Part shown: positions 38,241-48,423 of the stretch, piece by piece
Numbering within the stretch: the stretch's first letter is position 1
Layout of the letters: each line of letters starts with the position of its first letter
Origin: a virus
Lineage: Duplodnaviria; Caudoviricetes
Virus record (IMG/VR): IMGVR_UViG_2934390892_000001
Coordinates: 1-64,000 of that record
Length of the DNA stretch: 64,000 nucleotides
Strand: one strand, 5' to 3'
Translations under genes and position numbers: made by a program
The notes under the pieces: model-generated
Told to the model about the DNA's origin: nothing
The model's input: only the letters and a program-made list of their open reading frames with translations
The model's database searches: none

Positions 38241-39437
38241 ATGCCACCCGTACGCGGCACATCTCAAGCGAGCCAAGGCGGCGCCGGCGCATCGTTTGCG
38301 TGTAACAAGCCCTCAGGCACCGTGTCCGGCGACCTGCTGCTCGCCTGGCACTCCGCGGACATTGGCGCCCTCGCAAGCATGTCCATCACCGCGAGCGGCA
38401 CCGCATGGAGCACGCTGACCACCGCTGGCGTGGACGGGACCAACCCCGGGAAGCTGTACTGGAAGATAGCGGGTGGCAGCGAGCCGGCGTCCTACACCTT
38501 CAACCAGGACTCCGGCGCCGACGCCGCCGCGACGATGATCGCTGTCCAGGACGGCAGCACGAGCACACCGGTCTTCGCCACTGGTACGGGCGGCACAGGA
38601 ACCAGTATCCAAACCCCGTCCACAACTCCCGGCGGAACGACTGATCTCGATGTGAGGTTCGTTTCCGCGTCGGGCGCTCTCGGCACGTCCGAGTCGCTCA
38701 CACCCCCTGCCACATACACCGAGTTCGCCGACATCGGCTCCCGCCAGTTCGTCTACGTGTCTGGCGCGTACAAGGTCCTGTCGTCGGGGTCCGCGACCGG
38801 GACGCAAAACTTCACGATCACGACGTCGCCGACAAGCCGCCGCGGCGTCACGGTGACCATCACGTCCGGGTCAACCGGGAAAGACCTGACCGAGACCGGC
38901 TCGTCTGCAGACGACGTCACTGTCACGGCAGATACAACCCTGGCCGAAACCGGATCCCTATCCGACACCCTTCAAGCCTCGGTGGACGCCAGTCTCGCCG
39001 AGGCCGTCACTGCCGCAGATGATCTGACCGTCCAAGCGTCCGCCGTCCTCACCGACACCATTGTCGGCGCCGACGATGTGGGCGGCGGCGTCCCGATCGA
39101 CCTCACTGACGCCGCGACCGCAGTCGACGACCTGACCACCCTGGTGACGCCGATCCTGGACGATCCGGTCGCAGCCGTCGACGCGCTGGCCGTCGTCGCT
39201 ACAGCCGGGCTGGATGACAGCGTCTCGGCAGCCGACGCCCTTTTGGCAGCGGAGATCTTCCCGAAGTCGCTGAGCGAAACCGTGTCGGCAGCCGACGGGC
39301 TTGCCGTCCTCGTGCTGCAGGACATCACCGTCACCCCCGGTACGCCACACCGCGGGTGGGGATCCCGTCAGCCGGAGAGCTCCTGGTCGGCAAACTCCTC
39401 GCGTCGTGGTTGGTCCGCCCGCCCGCCCACCACCTGA
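38241..39437 (+). CDS. Putative virion fibre/decoration protein with ~17-aa acidic repeats
   Basis: Ser/Thr-rich beta domain, then LxE/DxxxxxDxLxV repeats and a Trp-spaced C-terminus. Confidence 0.6.
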   Translation: MPPVRGTSQASQGGAGASFACNKPSGTVSGDLLLAWHSADIGALASMSITASGTAWSTLTTAGVDGTNPGKLYWKIAGGSEPASYTFNQDSGADAAATMIAVQDGSTSTPVFATGTGGTGTSIQTPSTTPGGTTDLDVRFVSASGALGTSESLTPPATYTEFADIGSRQFVYVSGAYKVLSSGSATGTQNFTITTSPTSRRGVTVTITSGSTGKDLTETGSSADDVTVTADTTLAETGSLSDTLQASVDASLAEAVTAADDLTVQASAVLTDTIVGADDVGGGVPIDLTDAATAVDDLTTLVTPILDDPVAAVDALAVVATAGLDDSVSAADALLAAEIFPKSLSETVSAADGLAVLVLQDITVTPGTPHRGWGSRQPESSWSANSSRRGWSARPPTT

Positions 39438-39453
39438 CCCGGGGGAGGCGCGG

Positions 39454-39744
39454 ATGACGGCACTGAAGATCCCCAGCCTGTCGGTTGAGTACGTGAAGGT
39501 GCCCGTCACCGGGCCGTCCAACCTCACCTCGCTCACGGTGCAGATGGCGATCGTCCCCGCCGGCCAAGACCCCACCAGCCCCGACTGGCAGTCCGCGCAG
39601 TGGATCGGCACAGACGCCGCCGTCCTCATCGGGCCAGCCACCGCGCTCGTGCTGGCGAAGGGCGTCACGTACGGGATCTGGGTGAAGATCACCGCCGCCC
39701 CCGAGGTCCCTGTCCTCGGACCGTACGGCCTCCACATCACCTGA
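39454..39744 (+). CDS. Small beta protein, paralog of 42318-42602
   Basis: SVEYVKVPV...DWQSAQW...LIGP...GVTYGIWVKI. Confidence 0.65.
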   Translation: MTALKIPSLSVEYVKVPVTGPSNLTSLTVQMAIVPAGQDPTSPDWQSAQWIGTDAAVLIGPATALVLAKGVTYGIWVKITAAPEVPVLGPYGLHIT

Positions 39745-39774
39745 GCCGATCTGCACGAAAGGAAGGCGCGCCCG

Positions 39775-40185
39775 ATGACGCTCCGCATCTCCAACGCCGC
39801 CCGCAGCGCCCTCGCCGACGCCCTCCGAATCCTGCCCGACGCCGGGTCCGGCGCGGGAAAGATCCGGGTGTACACCGCCTCCCAGCCGGCTGGACCCGAC
39901 ACCGCTGTGGGCGCGCAGACGTTGCTCGCCGAGTTCACATTGGCGGACCCCTCGTTCGGTGCCGCCTCGAATGGTGTGATCACGATGGCCAGCACGCCGC
40001 GCACCACGACTGGGCTCGCAGCCGGGACGGCAGCCTGGTTCCGGATGCTCGACTCCAACAACGTGGCCATCGCCGACGGCGCAGTGAGCACGTCCGGCGC
40101 GGAACTGAATCTCAACACCACCACGATCTCGGTCGGGGTGAACGTCGAGATCACTTCCGGCACCATCACCATGCCGGCGACGTAG
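39775..40185 (+). CDS. Putative virion structural protein
   Basis: GKIRVYTASQPA...AGTAAWFR...GAELNLNTT, a pattern recurrent in phage structural proteins. Confidence 0.65.
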   Translation: MTLRISNAARSALADALRILPDAGSGAGKIRVYTASQPAGPDTAVGAQTLLAEFTLADPSFGAASNGVITMASTPRTTTGLAAGTAAWFRMLDSNNVAIADGAVSTSGAELNLNTTTISVGVNVEITSGTITMPAT

Positions 40186-40188
40186 CCG

Positions 40189-40449
40189 ATGGTTGCGCTG
40201 GATGAGACGAACCGGGCCAGAGCGTGGGCGCAGTGGATGCGCGACAACCCTGAAGCCTGCGGATTTACGAAAGCCGACCTACGTGCCGCGTTGGACGCGA
40301 CTGACTCGTGGATCGACGGCAACAGCGCGGCATTCAACGCCGCGTTGCCGCAGCCGTTCCGCGGAGCCGCTACCCCGGCACAGAAGACGCTCCTGTTCTG
40401 CTACGTGGCGATGCGCCGCCACGGCCTGCTGAAGGCCGAGGAGGACTGA
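40189..40449 (+). CDS. Hypothetical protein
   Basis: Coupled ORF. Confidence 0.55.
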   Translation: MVALDETNRARAWAQWMRDNPEACGFTKADLRAALDATDSWIDGNSAAFNAALPQPFRGAATPAQKTLLFCYVAMRRHGLLKAEED

Positions 40450-40952
40450 TGGCGACCGTCCGGCAGCCGATCAGCCCTGAAGAGGCTCAGGTCGCAACGT
40501 CCGCGTTCCCGCAGTACATCAAGACCAACGGCACGAACTTTCCCGTCACCGGCTTGGCTTACGACGCTGCCAGCACGGAGAGCGCCTACTTCAAGCGTCG
40601 CCTCGCCGGTTACGGCAGCGGCAACATCACCCTGAACGTCACCTGGTACGCCGACACTGCTTCGTCCGGGGTTGTGCGCTGGTCCGCTGCGGTGGCGTGC
40701 ATCACGCCCAACGCGGACAGCCAGGACGTAGAGACGAAGGCCTTCGCCACCTCGACAGACACCGACGACACCCACCTCGGCACGACCGGGCAGCGCGTCC
40801 ACGGCCACGACATCGTCATCACCAACACCGACTCGGCCGCCGCAGGAGACCTGGTGTGGATCCGGCTGCAGCGGCTCGGAGGCCACGCCAACGACACCCT
40901 CGCAGGAGACGCGATCGTCCTGGACGCCGAACTGTCCTACAGCGACACGTAG
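40449..40952 (+). CDS. Putative jelly-roll structural protein
   Basis: Beta-rich sequence; AAAGDLVWIRLQR. Confidence 0.55.
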   Translation: MATVRQPISPEEAQVATSAFPQYIKTNGTNFPVTGLAYDAASTESAYFKRRLAGYGSGNITLNVTWYADTASSGVVRWSAAVACITPNADSQDVETKAFATSTDTDDTHLGTTGQRVHGHDIVITNTDSAAAGDLVWIRLQRLGGHANDTLAGDAIVLDAELSYSDT

Positions 40953-40964
40953 GAGGAGGCTGCG

Positions 40965-42314
40965 GTGGCCGTCAGGTTCAGCGCCTCCGGACAGCACTAC
41001 ACCGCCACCGCGGGACTGCCCGGCAACGTGTACACATTCACCGCATGGGTGTGGTCTGCGGCGGTCGGCAGCCGGTACAGGGTCGTCTACTGGTTCCGGC
41101 AAACCAGCGGAGATCACTTCTCCGGGGTCGGCGTCCGAGACAACCCCGTCGACCTCCAGATGATGGAGGACGTCTCCTACTGGTTCTCTGGCGTCGGGCC
41201 ACTCGCCGCATCAGCGCAAACCTGGTACCAGGTCGCCGCCGTCGTCAACGGAGCCAACGCCACCTTCTACCGATCAGCCGCAGGAGACCCGCTCGCCTCC
41301 GTGTCGGTGTCGAACTTCGCGCCCCCCGCAACACCCAACCAGTTGTGGCTCGGGACGGATGCTTTTGGCGGCTGGTGGGATGGCAGGATTGCCGCCGTCA
41401 AGGTGTGGGATGCAGCCCTGTCTCAAGCTGACGTGGAAGCAGAGCTCAGTCAGCAGCAGCCGAAACGCACCACCAATCTGATCCGCTGGCACCCGTTCGT
41501 CTCTGCGGAGCCGACCGACTACTCCGGTCTGGGCAACGACCTCACGGGCGGCACCGGCGCGACGACCGAGGATGGTCCGCCCATCCCGTGGGGTTCCGCC
41601 GCCCCGATGCTCCTCTTGCCCGCTGCGGGTGGAGCCCCGGCCAACGGAACCCTGTCGGCATCCCTGCCGCCGCTCTCGGCGACCATCAACGCCGCGGTCA
41701 CCGTCAGCGGAACACTCGCTGGAACACTGCCCAGCCTCACAGCCGCCGCCACAGGTGCTTCCACGGCAGCGGGATCGCTCACCGCCATGCTGCCTCCGCT
41801 GACGATGGTGTCATCCGGTGCCGCCACCGCGTCGGGCGTTCTCACCTCATCGCTTCCCGCCCTCACCGCCGACGTCTCAGCCAGCGTCGAAGTCGCGGGC
41901 CAGCTCGACGCGGCACTTCCCGCGCTGACCGGCGACCTGCAAGCGTCAGCCAAGAGCACAGGGATGCTCGCCGCTGGCCTGCCCGCGCTATCGGCCGTCC
42001 TTTCTGGCGCGGCTGGGGTTTCTGGCACCGCCGGTCTCTCGCTACCGGGCTTGACCGCGAGCCTGGCCGGCGACGCCCGAGTGGCTGGGGACGCCACAGC
42101 TGTCCTACCCGCCCTATCCTGCACGCTGACCGGGCAGATCGTGACACCGCAAGGCGGACTGGCGGCCACCCTGCCATCCCTCGCCGCGGCTCTCGCCGGA
42201 ACGTCCGACGGCGTCACACCCGTCGGCGTTCAAGTCTTGGTCGGCCCTCCACAGCTCGGCTGGCCTGTGGGGGTCGCCCGTTCGACCTGGCCCGTTGGGG
42301 GCCCCACGCTCTAG
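40965..42314 (+). CDS. LamG/concanavalin-like domain protein with 20-aa GxLxxxLPxL repeats
   Basis: WYQVAAV...LWLGTD...DGRIAAVKVWDAALSQADV (LamG); repeated stalk; Trp-spaced C-terminus. Confidence 0.75.
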   Translation: MAVRFSASGQHYTATAGLPGNVYTFTAWVWSAAVGSRYRVVYWFRQTSGDHFSGVGVRDNPVDLQMMEDVSYWFSGVGPLAASAQTWYQVAAVVNGANATFYRSAAGDPLASVSVSNFAPPATPNQLWLGTDAFGGWWDGRIAAVKVWDAALSQADVEAELSQQQPKRTTNLIRWHPFVSAEPTDYSGLGNDLTGGTGATTEDGPPIPWGSAAPMLLLPAAGGAPANGTLSASLPPLSATINAAVTVSGTLAGTLPSLTAAATGASTAAGSLTAMLPPLTMVSSGAATASGVLTSSLPALTADVSASVEVAGQLDAALPALTGDLQASAKSTGMLAAGLPALSAVLSGAAGVSGTAGLSLPGLTASLAGDARVAGDATAVLPALSCTLTGQIVTPQGGLAATLPSLAAALAGTSDGVTPVGVQVLVGPPQLGWPVGVARSTWPVGGPTL

Positions 42315-42317
42315 GGG

Positions 42318-42602
42318 GTGACTGTGGCAACCGTCCCGGCCAGCAGCACCGAGTACCTGCACATCCCTGTCGCGGACGGCTCGGCCAGCATCGCGGGCGA
42401 GATCGCTGTCATCGACTCTTGCGCCGAACCCGTCGAAAGCGACTGGAAAGCAGCGGCCTGGGATGCCGGCTCCTACAAGCTGCTGATCGGCCCCGGAGGG
42501 GTTCTGACGCTCACCCAAGGCACGTACACGGCGTGGATACGCCTTGAGGCCCCACCTGAGAGCGTCGTTCGCCGCAGCGGCGCCGTCCGAGTTGGCCCCT
42601 AA
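42318..42602 (+). CDS. Small beta protein, paralog of 39454-39744
   Basis: STEYLHIPV...DWKAAAW...LIGP...GTYTAWIRL. Confidence 0.65.
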   Translation: MTVATVPASSTEYLHIPVADGSASIAGEIAVIDSCAEPVESDWKAAAWDAGSYKLLIGPGGVLTLTQGTYTAWIRLEAPPESVVRRSGAVRVGP

Positions 42603-42658
42603 CCCGAAGCACGCCGCGTCTACGTCCATGCCTGATCCATGCGATTCGAGGGGGATGA

Positions 42659-43342
42659 ATGAGCGATCTCCTGGTGATCGTCCCGAGCCGCGGACGTCCT
42701 CACAACATCGCCGACCTTTACGTCGCATGGAGCGAGACCACCCACAGGGACGCCCACCCGCTGGTCGCGGTCGACGACGATGACCCGTCGCTGCCCGAAT
42801 ACCAGCGTGTGTGTTCGCTGACGGGCGTTGAACTGGAGGTCGGACCGAGGCTGCGCCTCACGGGCACGCTCAACAAGGTCGCCAGCGAGCGAGCCCCACA
42901 CCACAAGGCGATCGCGTTCATGGGCGACGATCACCGGCCTCGCACGATCGGCTGGGACTCCCACATCATGGCGGCGCTCGACGGTCTTGGTACAGGCATC
43001 GTCTACGGCAACGACCTCTTGCAGGGCGAGAGGATGGCCACCGCCGTAGCGATGACTTCGAACATCGTGTCCACGCTCGGCTACATGGCCCCACCGCAGA
43101 TGGTGCACCTCTGCCTCGACCTTTGCTGGGTGGACTGGGGTAAGGCGATCGACCGGCTCGCCTACCTGCCGGACACGGTCATCGAGCACATGCACCCAGC
43201 CGTCGGCAAAGCTCAAAGTGACCGTGGCTACGAAGAGGCCAACAGCCCCGAGCAAACAGCCGCCGACCACGCTGCCTACCAGGCGTACCGGCACGGGCCC
43301 GCGTTCGAGGCGGACGTGGAGAAGCTGAGGGCGCTGCTGTGA
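42659..43342 (+). CDS. GT-A (GT2-like) glycosyltransferase
   Basis: LLVIVPSRGRP, VDDDD, FMGDDH, IEHMHP. Confidence 0.8.
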   Translation: MSDLLVIVPSRGRPHNIADLYVAWSETTHRDAHPLVAVDDDDPSLPEYQRVCSLTGVELEVGPRLRLTGTLNKVASERAPHHKAIAFMGDDHRPRTIGWDSHIMAALDGLGTGIVYGNDLLQGERMATAVAMTSNIVSTLGYMAPPQMVHLCLDLCWVDWGKAIDRLAYLPDTVIEHMHPAVGKAQSDRGYEEANSPEQTAADHAAYQAYRHGPAFEADVEKLRALL

Positions 43343-44208
43343 AAGTCCTCATCACCGGCTCGTCAGGGTTCGTCGGCCGGCACTTCGTCCACGCCTTGGA
43401 CGGCCACGACCTTCACCTGGTCGACGTGGTCACGGGAACGGACGTCCGTGACTTCTTCCGGCTCAACCACACCCGGTTCGACCTCGTCATCCACCTCGCC
43501 GCAGTCGTCGGGGGCCGAGCCCAGATCGAAGGCGCTCCGCTGTCGCTTGCCGTGGACCTGGCGATCGACGCCGACATGTTCACGTGGGCGCTGAGGACCC
43601 GACCACGACGGATCGTCTACTTCTCGTCGTCGGCCGCGTACCCGATCGACCTGCAAAACGACTACGCCCGCCCCCGTGCGATGCGCGAGCAGGATCTGAA
43701 GCTGTCGGGCAACATCGGCAACCCGGACATGACGTACGGCTGGGCGAAACTCTCCGGAGAGCAGCTCGCCCACCACGCCGAGAACGAGGGCCTGCGCGTC
43801 CACGTGTTCCGGCCGTTCTCCGGCTACGGCGAAGACCAAGACCTCGCCTACCCGTTCCCGGCGTTCATCCGCCGCGCCGCCACCAGGCAGGACCCGTTCA
43901 CCATCTGGGGCGACGGCAACCAGGTCCGCGACTGGATCCACATCTCGGACATCGTGGCCGCCACGCTGACCGCCATCGAGGAGGACGTGCCCGGACCGGT
44001 CAACCTGTGCACCGGCCGGGACACCTCCTTCAACGAGCTCGCCCGCCTCGTGTGCCAGCAAGCCGGGTACGAGCCGACGCTGAAGCACGTCCTGGACGCA
44101 CCCCAAGGCGTCGCCTACAGGGTCGGAGACCCGGCCAAGCTGAACGCCTTCTATACGCCGAAGGTCGAGTTGGAAGAAGGCATCAGACGCGCTCTCAAGG
44201 CCGCCTGA
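43339..44208 (+). CDS. NAD-dependent sugar epimerase/dehydratase
   Basis: ITGSSGFVG, HLAA, YGWAK (YxxxK), IWGDGNQVRDWIH. Confidence 0.93.
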   Translation: MKVLITGSSGFVGRHFVHALDGHDLHLVDVVTGTDVRDFFRLNHTRFDLVIHLAAVVGGRAQIEGAPLSLAVDLAIDADMFTWALRTRPRRIVYFSSSAAYPIDLQNDYARPRAMREQDLKLSGNIGNPDMTYGWAKLSGEQLAHHAENEGLRVHVFRPFSGYGEDQDLAYPFPAFIRRAATRQDPFTIWGDGNQVRDWIHISDIVAATLTAIEEDVPGPVNLCTGRDTSFNELARLVCQQAGYEPTLKHVLDAPQGVAYRVGDPAKLNAFYTPKVELEEGIRRALKAA

Positions 44209-44243
44209 CAGCCAAGGATCCTCCAGGTAGCTCCTGGAGGTCA

Positions 44244-44277
44244 GAGAGCCCCGGCTTCCTCATGAGTCGGGGCTCTC
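44244..44277 (+). terminator. Hairpin after the epimerase gene
   Basis: gagagccccggct...agtcggggctctc. Confidence 0.45.
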
Positions 44278-44298
44278 GCCACACCATGAGGAGAACCG

Positions 44299-44664
44299 AT
44301 GCACCGAGAAGAAGCGATCGTGGAGTTCTTTCGCGCACGCCTGACCGATGAAGAGCAGCACGTTGAGCGGATCAAGAGCTACGGCGGGTGCTGCGCTGGG
44401 TGCTTCTGCGGGTGCTCCGGACTGGCCGCCATAGAGGCCGTGATCGAGGCGGATCGGGCGCTGCTTGAGCGCTACGACTACTGCGTGAGGATGGGCGGAT
44501 GTCCCGGCAACGAAGATCTCGACGCAGCGCTGAATGAGTACGAGATGCACACATTCCCGCTCCGCATCGCCCGCTTCTCCGACCACCCTGTCTACGCAAC
44601 CCTGGCCTTGGACGGCCGCTGGATCGAAGCGAACTATGTCGCGGCGAGAGATGCGAGTGCCTGA
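44299..44664 (+). CDS. DUF6221-like protein
   Basis: EFFRARLTDEE...LRIARFSDHPVY; a shorter relative lies at 35084-35287. Confidence 0.5.
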   Translation: MHREEAIVEFFRARLTDEEQHVERIKSYGGCCAGCFCGCSGLAAIEAVIEADRALLERYDYCVRMGGCPGNEDLDAALNEYEMHTFPLRIARFSDHPVYATLALDGRWIEANYVAARDASA

Positions 44665-45224
44665 TGCGCATCCAGATCCTTCTGCCCCCACCCGTCGAAG
44701 TACCGTCGGCCAACCTGGCGAGAGCCGTACACGCCGCCTGTCACCCAAGCCCTCCACTAAACACGCAGCCAGACCCCGAGATGGACCGCGTGGCAGCCGA
44801 GCTCAAGGACGTACTCCCTGAGCTTGTCCGCTACTGGACTGGCACCCTCGATGAGGTGGTCTGAGGTGCGCATTCAGATCCTTCCTCTCCCGTCCGTCGT
44901 CAGACGAGTCCTCGGAGTGGCCCTGATCGCGCTCCCCGTCGTTGTATTCCTGAAGTCCATGGTCATCAACAGGGGCTGGGCGTACGTCATCACGGTGCTC
45001 GCCATCACAGCCCTTTCAGTCGGCTGCATCGTAGGTGGCAATTACCTTCTGGCATCTACGAAGAAGAGCCGATAGAGGAGACCTCGGGGAACGCACATGG
45101 CCTGCCTCCCCTTCACGCACAAGTGGGTCACGGTCGAACGGATCGGCAAGGTAATCCACCAGCGTTGCTCCAAGTGCGGCAACACCCGCGTACGCGTCCA
45201 GTAGCCCACCCAGGGGGTGCTCTC

Positions 45225-45530
45225 ATGGCAGCCCCTTCCTGGCGGACCACTCCGAAGCCTCAAGGGTGGGGGGCTATCAGACAGCGCATCCTCAAACGGG
45301 ACAATCACGCCTGCCAGATGCCTACCCCCCTGGGGGTGTGCGGGGCCTGGGCTAACGAGGTGGACCACATCACCCCCGCCTCGCTGGGGGGGTCTGATGA
45401 GCCGGCGAATCTCAGGTCCCTGTGTGGCCCCCACCACAAGGTGAAGAGCTCACGCGAGGGCGGCCAGGCGTCGGCAGCCAAGCGGATCCCACGCAACAGG
45501 CCGGCTGAACAACACCCCGGACTCCGCTGA
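45225..45530 (+). CDS. Terminase-associated HNH endonuclease
   Basis: RILKRDNHAC...EVDHITP...GGSDEPANLRSLCGPHH, upstream of the terminase genes. Confidence 0.88.
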   Translation: MAAPSWRTTPKPQGWGAIRQRILKRDNHACQMPTPLGVCGAWANEVDHITPASLGGSDEPANLRSLCGPHHKVKSSREGGQASAAKRIPRNRPAEQHPGLR

Positions 45531-46245
45531 CCACACCACGAAACCGAGCACAGAGCGTCGCAAAGGTCTCCGATCCGCCGGGCTTTATGCCTACCCACAG
45601 TGATAACCGCAGGACGGGAGACGGCCATGGACATCGTCATCCTTCTCGCAGCCCTAGCCTTCCTCGCTGCCACCATCTGGTCAGCCATCCAGAAGGCATG
45701 GCCACTCGCACTCCTCGGCCTCGGCGCCTTCCTCCTCGTACTCCACGCGAGCGGACTCATCACCACGTGAGCCTGCACATCGTCCCGGTCGGCGACCTGA
45801 TCGAGCACGCCACCACAAGCGAATGTCCGTGCAAACCGCGAGACCAGTCAGTGAAACGGGACGACGGCAGCGTCCGACGGCTCGTCGTGCATCACAGGAT
45901 CGACGGCAGAGAACAGAACGAGTGACCAGCGCGCCCCGCACCACGCCGCGACCATGAGACGCAAATGCGACAAGCCGGACGAACTCCATACATGTAGGGT
46001 CAGACGGTTTCCGCAGGTCAGAGCCACAAGGTGGGGTATGCCCCCTTTGTCCGTTTCTTCCCCGCCCGGTCCGGCATAGCACCTCCGGCTCTGTACGGGT
46101 TGTCAAGCCCACCAAGCACGTCGAGTCAGATGCGGCGACATGCTGCGCCTGGCTAGCTGTTCACCCCTTCAGGTGATCGCTTTCGACCATCCAATCAAGT
46201 CCCCGACATGGGGGCTTGTCGTCGTCCCGACATGGGAGAACTGAG

Positions 46246-46683
46246 ATGGCGCGATCCACGGGCCCTGTCCCGAAGCGCAGTTCTGAACGCCGCCGGCGCA
46301 ACAAGCCGGAAGGCGTCGAAGTAATGTCCGTCCCTGTCCCCGAGCAACAGCCGGTGGTGCGCCCGCTCGCCGACGAGTCCTGGCATCAGATTGCTCGCGA
46401 CTGGTACGACTCGCTGGCCGAGTCCGGGCAGGCCGTGTTCTATGAGCCGTCGGACTGGGCGACCGCGCGCTATGTGGCCGAGGCCATGTCGCGCGGGCTG
46501 CAGGCGTCGAGGTTCTCGGCGCAACTGTTCGCCGCGGTGTCGTCGGCGATGACCGAGCTCCTCACGACGGAAGGCGCTCGTCGGCGTGCCCGCCTTGAAA
46601 TTGAGCGGGGCAAGCCTGGCGAGAGTGAGAAGCCGGCCGGTGTGACGGCGCTCGATGACTATCGCACCGCCCTCGGGGGCTGA
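46246..46683 (+). CDS. terS: Terminase small subunit
   Basis: GPVPKRSSERRRRNK...WYDSLAESGQ...SDW...LTTEGARRRARLEI (actinophage type). Confidence 0.88.
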   Translation: MARSTGPVPKRSSERRRRNKPEGVEVMSVPVPEQQPVVRPLADESWHQIARDWYDSLAESGQAVFYEPSDWATARYVAEAMSRGLQASRFSAQLFAAVSSAMTELLTTEGARRRARLEIERGKPGESEKPAGVTALDDYRTALGG

Positions 46684-48415
46684 CGGGCTCGCGGTTGATC
46701 TCGACGCTCTTGAGCCGGTCCGGATCGGGCCGACGTGGGAGCGGGACCCTGACCATCCGAGTGGGTGGCGGCTGCCGGAGTTGACACTCGGCTGGGACAT
46801 CGTGATGTGGCAGGCTGACAACCTGCAGCATTCGACGGGTCAGCCGTGGCGATACACGCCTGAGCAGTTGCGGTTCGTCTTGTGGTGGTACGCGGTGACG
46901 CCGGAGCTGCGGTGGGTGTACCGGGATGGCGTCCTGCAACGCCTCAAAGGCTGGGGCAAAGATCCGGTAGCCGCGACTCTTTCGGGTACTGAGTTTGTGG
47001 GTCCGTGCCGGCCTGACAGGTCTGGCCGCACTGTGCGGGATCCGTGGGGGAACGAGCATCCAGCCGGTGTCCCGCATCCGGAGGCGTGGGTTCAGATCGC
47101 CGCCGTGTCGAAGGATCAGACCCGGAACACGATGACCCTGTTCCCGTCGCTCTTCACAAAAGCGGCGATCAAGCGGTACTCCATCGACCTCGGCAAAGAG
47201 ATCATCTACGCGCACAAGGGCGCCAAACGCATCGAGGCCGTCACGTCCTCGCCGCGGGCGCTTGAGGGCGGCCGGCCAACGTTCACACTGCGGAACGAGC
47301 CCCATCACTGGCTCTCCAACAATGAGGGCCACGAGATGGACGCGGTCATCGACCGGAACGCCGTCAAGTCCTCTGACGGCATGTCCCGGCCGCTGTCCAT
47401 CACGAATGCCTACGAGCCTGGCGAAGACTCCGTCGCCGAGCGGGCCCGAGACGCCTACGAACTGATCCTGGCTGGCAAGTCGTTAGCGACCGGGATCTTG
47501 TACGACTCGCTTGAGGCGCCGCCGGAAGCGCCGCTGTCAGCAGAGGCCGCCCCGAAGGTGGTCGAGCTGATCCGTGGCGACTCCACATGGCTGGATGTGC
47601 CGCGCATCGTGCAGGCCATCCTCGACCCGCGTAACCCTCCTAGCAGGTCGAGGCGGTTCTGGTACAACCAGATCGTCGCAGCGGAGGACGCGTGGATCGC
47701 GCCCTACCAGTGGGATGCGCTGGCCAAAGCGGACCGGCTCGTCGAGGACGGCGAAGTCGTCACGATGTTCTTCGACGGCTCCAAGTCGGACGACGCCACA
47801 GTCCTGGTGGGGTGTTGCGTCTCTGACGGGCACGTGTTCCTCATCGACCACTGGCAGCGTCCTGCCGGGCTGGACTCGAAACTGCCGTGGGTGGTGCCTC
47901 GCGAGCAGGTGGACGCCGCTGTGGATCGGGCGTTCGACCGATGGCGGGTGTGCGCGTTCTCTGCGGACCCCGGGTCTGGCGAGGACGAGTCGGGGGAGCG
48001 GTTCTGGGACGGCTTCATCGACGGATGGGGCATCCGCCACGGCGACGCCCTGGTCATCAAGGCCACGGTGACGGCCGGTAGTCATCACCCGGTGATGTGG
48101 GACATGCGTGCCACGGTCCGGCAGCAGGAGTTCACCGAAGCCACGGAACGCTGCTTCTCCGACATCACTAGCACGCTCACGCTGACCCATGACGGCAACC
48201 GGGTTCTTCGTCAGCATGCCGTGAACGCGCGCCGCCGGCCGAACCGGTGGGGTGTCGCGATCGGCAAGGAGCACCGCGAATCCCCCCGGAAGATCGACGC
48301 CGTGGTGGGTGTGATCGGCGCCCGGATGATCCGCAGAAAGCTGCTGGCGTCGCCGGAGTGGAAGAAGCAGGCAACCAAGAAGCCGCGGACGGGCCGCGTT
48401 TACGGATTCGCTTAG
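46655..48415 (+). CDS. terL: Terminase large subunit
   Basis: RLKGWGKDP, QIAAVSKDQT, FDGSKSDDAT, KIDA motifs. Confidence 0.95.
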   Translation: MTIAPPSGADGLAVDLDALEPVRIGPTWERDPDHPSGWRLPELTLGWDIVMWQADNLQHSTGQPWRYTPEQLRFVLWWYAVTPELRWVYRDGVLQRLKGWGKDPVAATLSGTEFVGPCRPDRSGRTVRDPWGNEHPAGVPHPEAWVQIAAVSKDQTRNTMTLFPSLFTKAAIKRYSIDLGKEIIYAHKGAKRIEAVTSSPRALEGGRPTFTLRNEPHHWLSNNEGHEMDAVIDRNAVKSSDGMSRPLSITNAYEPGEDSVAERARDAYELILAGKSLATGILYDSLEAPPEAPLSAEAAPKVVELIRGDSTWLDVPRIVQAILDPRNPPSRSRRFWYNQIVAAEDAWIAPYQWDALAKADRLVEDGEVVTMFFDGSKSDDATVLVGCCVSDGHVFLIDHWQRPAGLDSKLPWVVPREQVDAAVDRAFDRWRVCAFSADPGSGEDESGERFWDGFIDGWGIRHGDALVIKATVTAGSHHPVMWDMRATVRQQEFTEATERCFSDITSTLTLTHDGNRVLRQHAVNARRRPNRWGVAIGKEHRESPRKIDAVVGVIGARMIRRKLLASPEWKKQATKKPRTGRVYGFA

Positions 48416-48423
48416 GAGATCTG

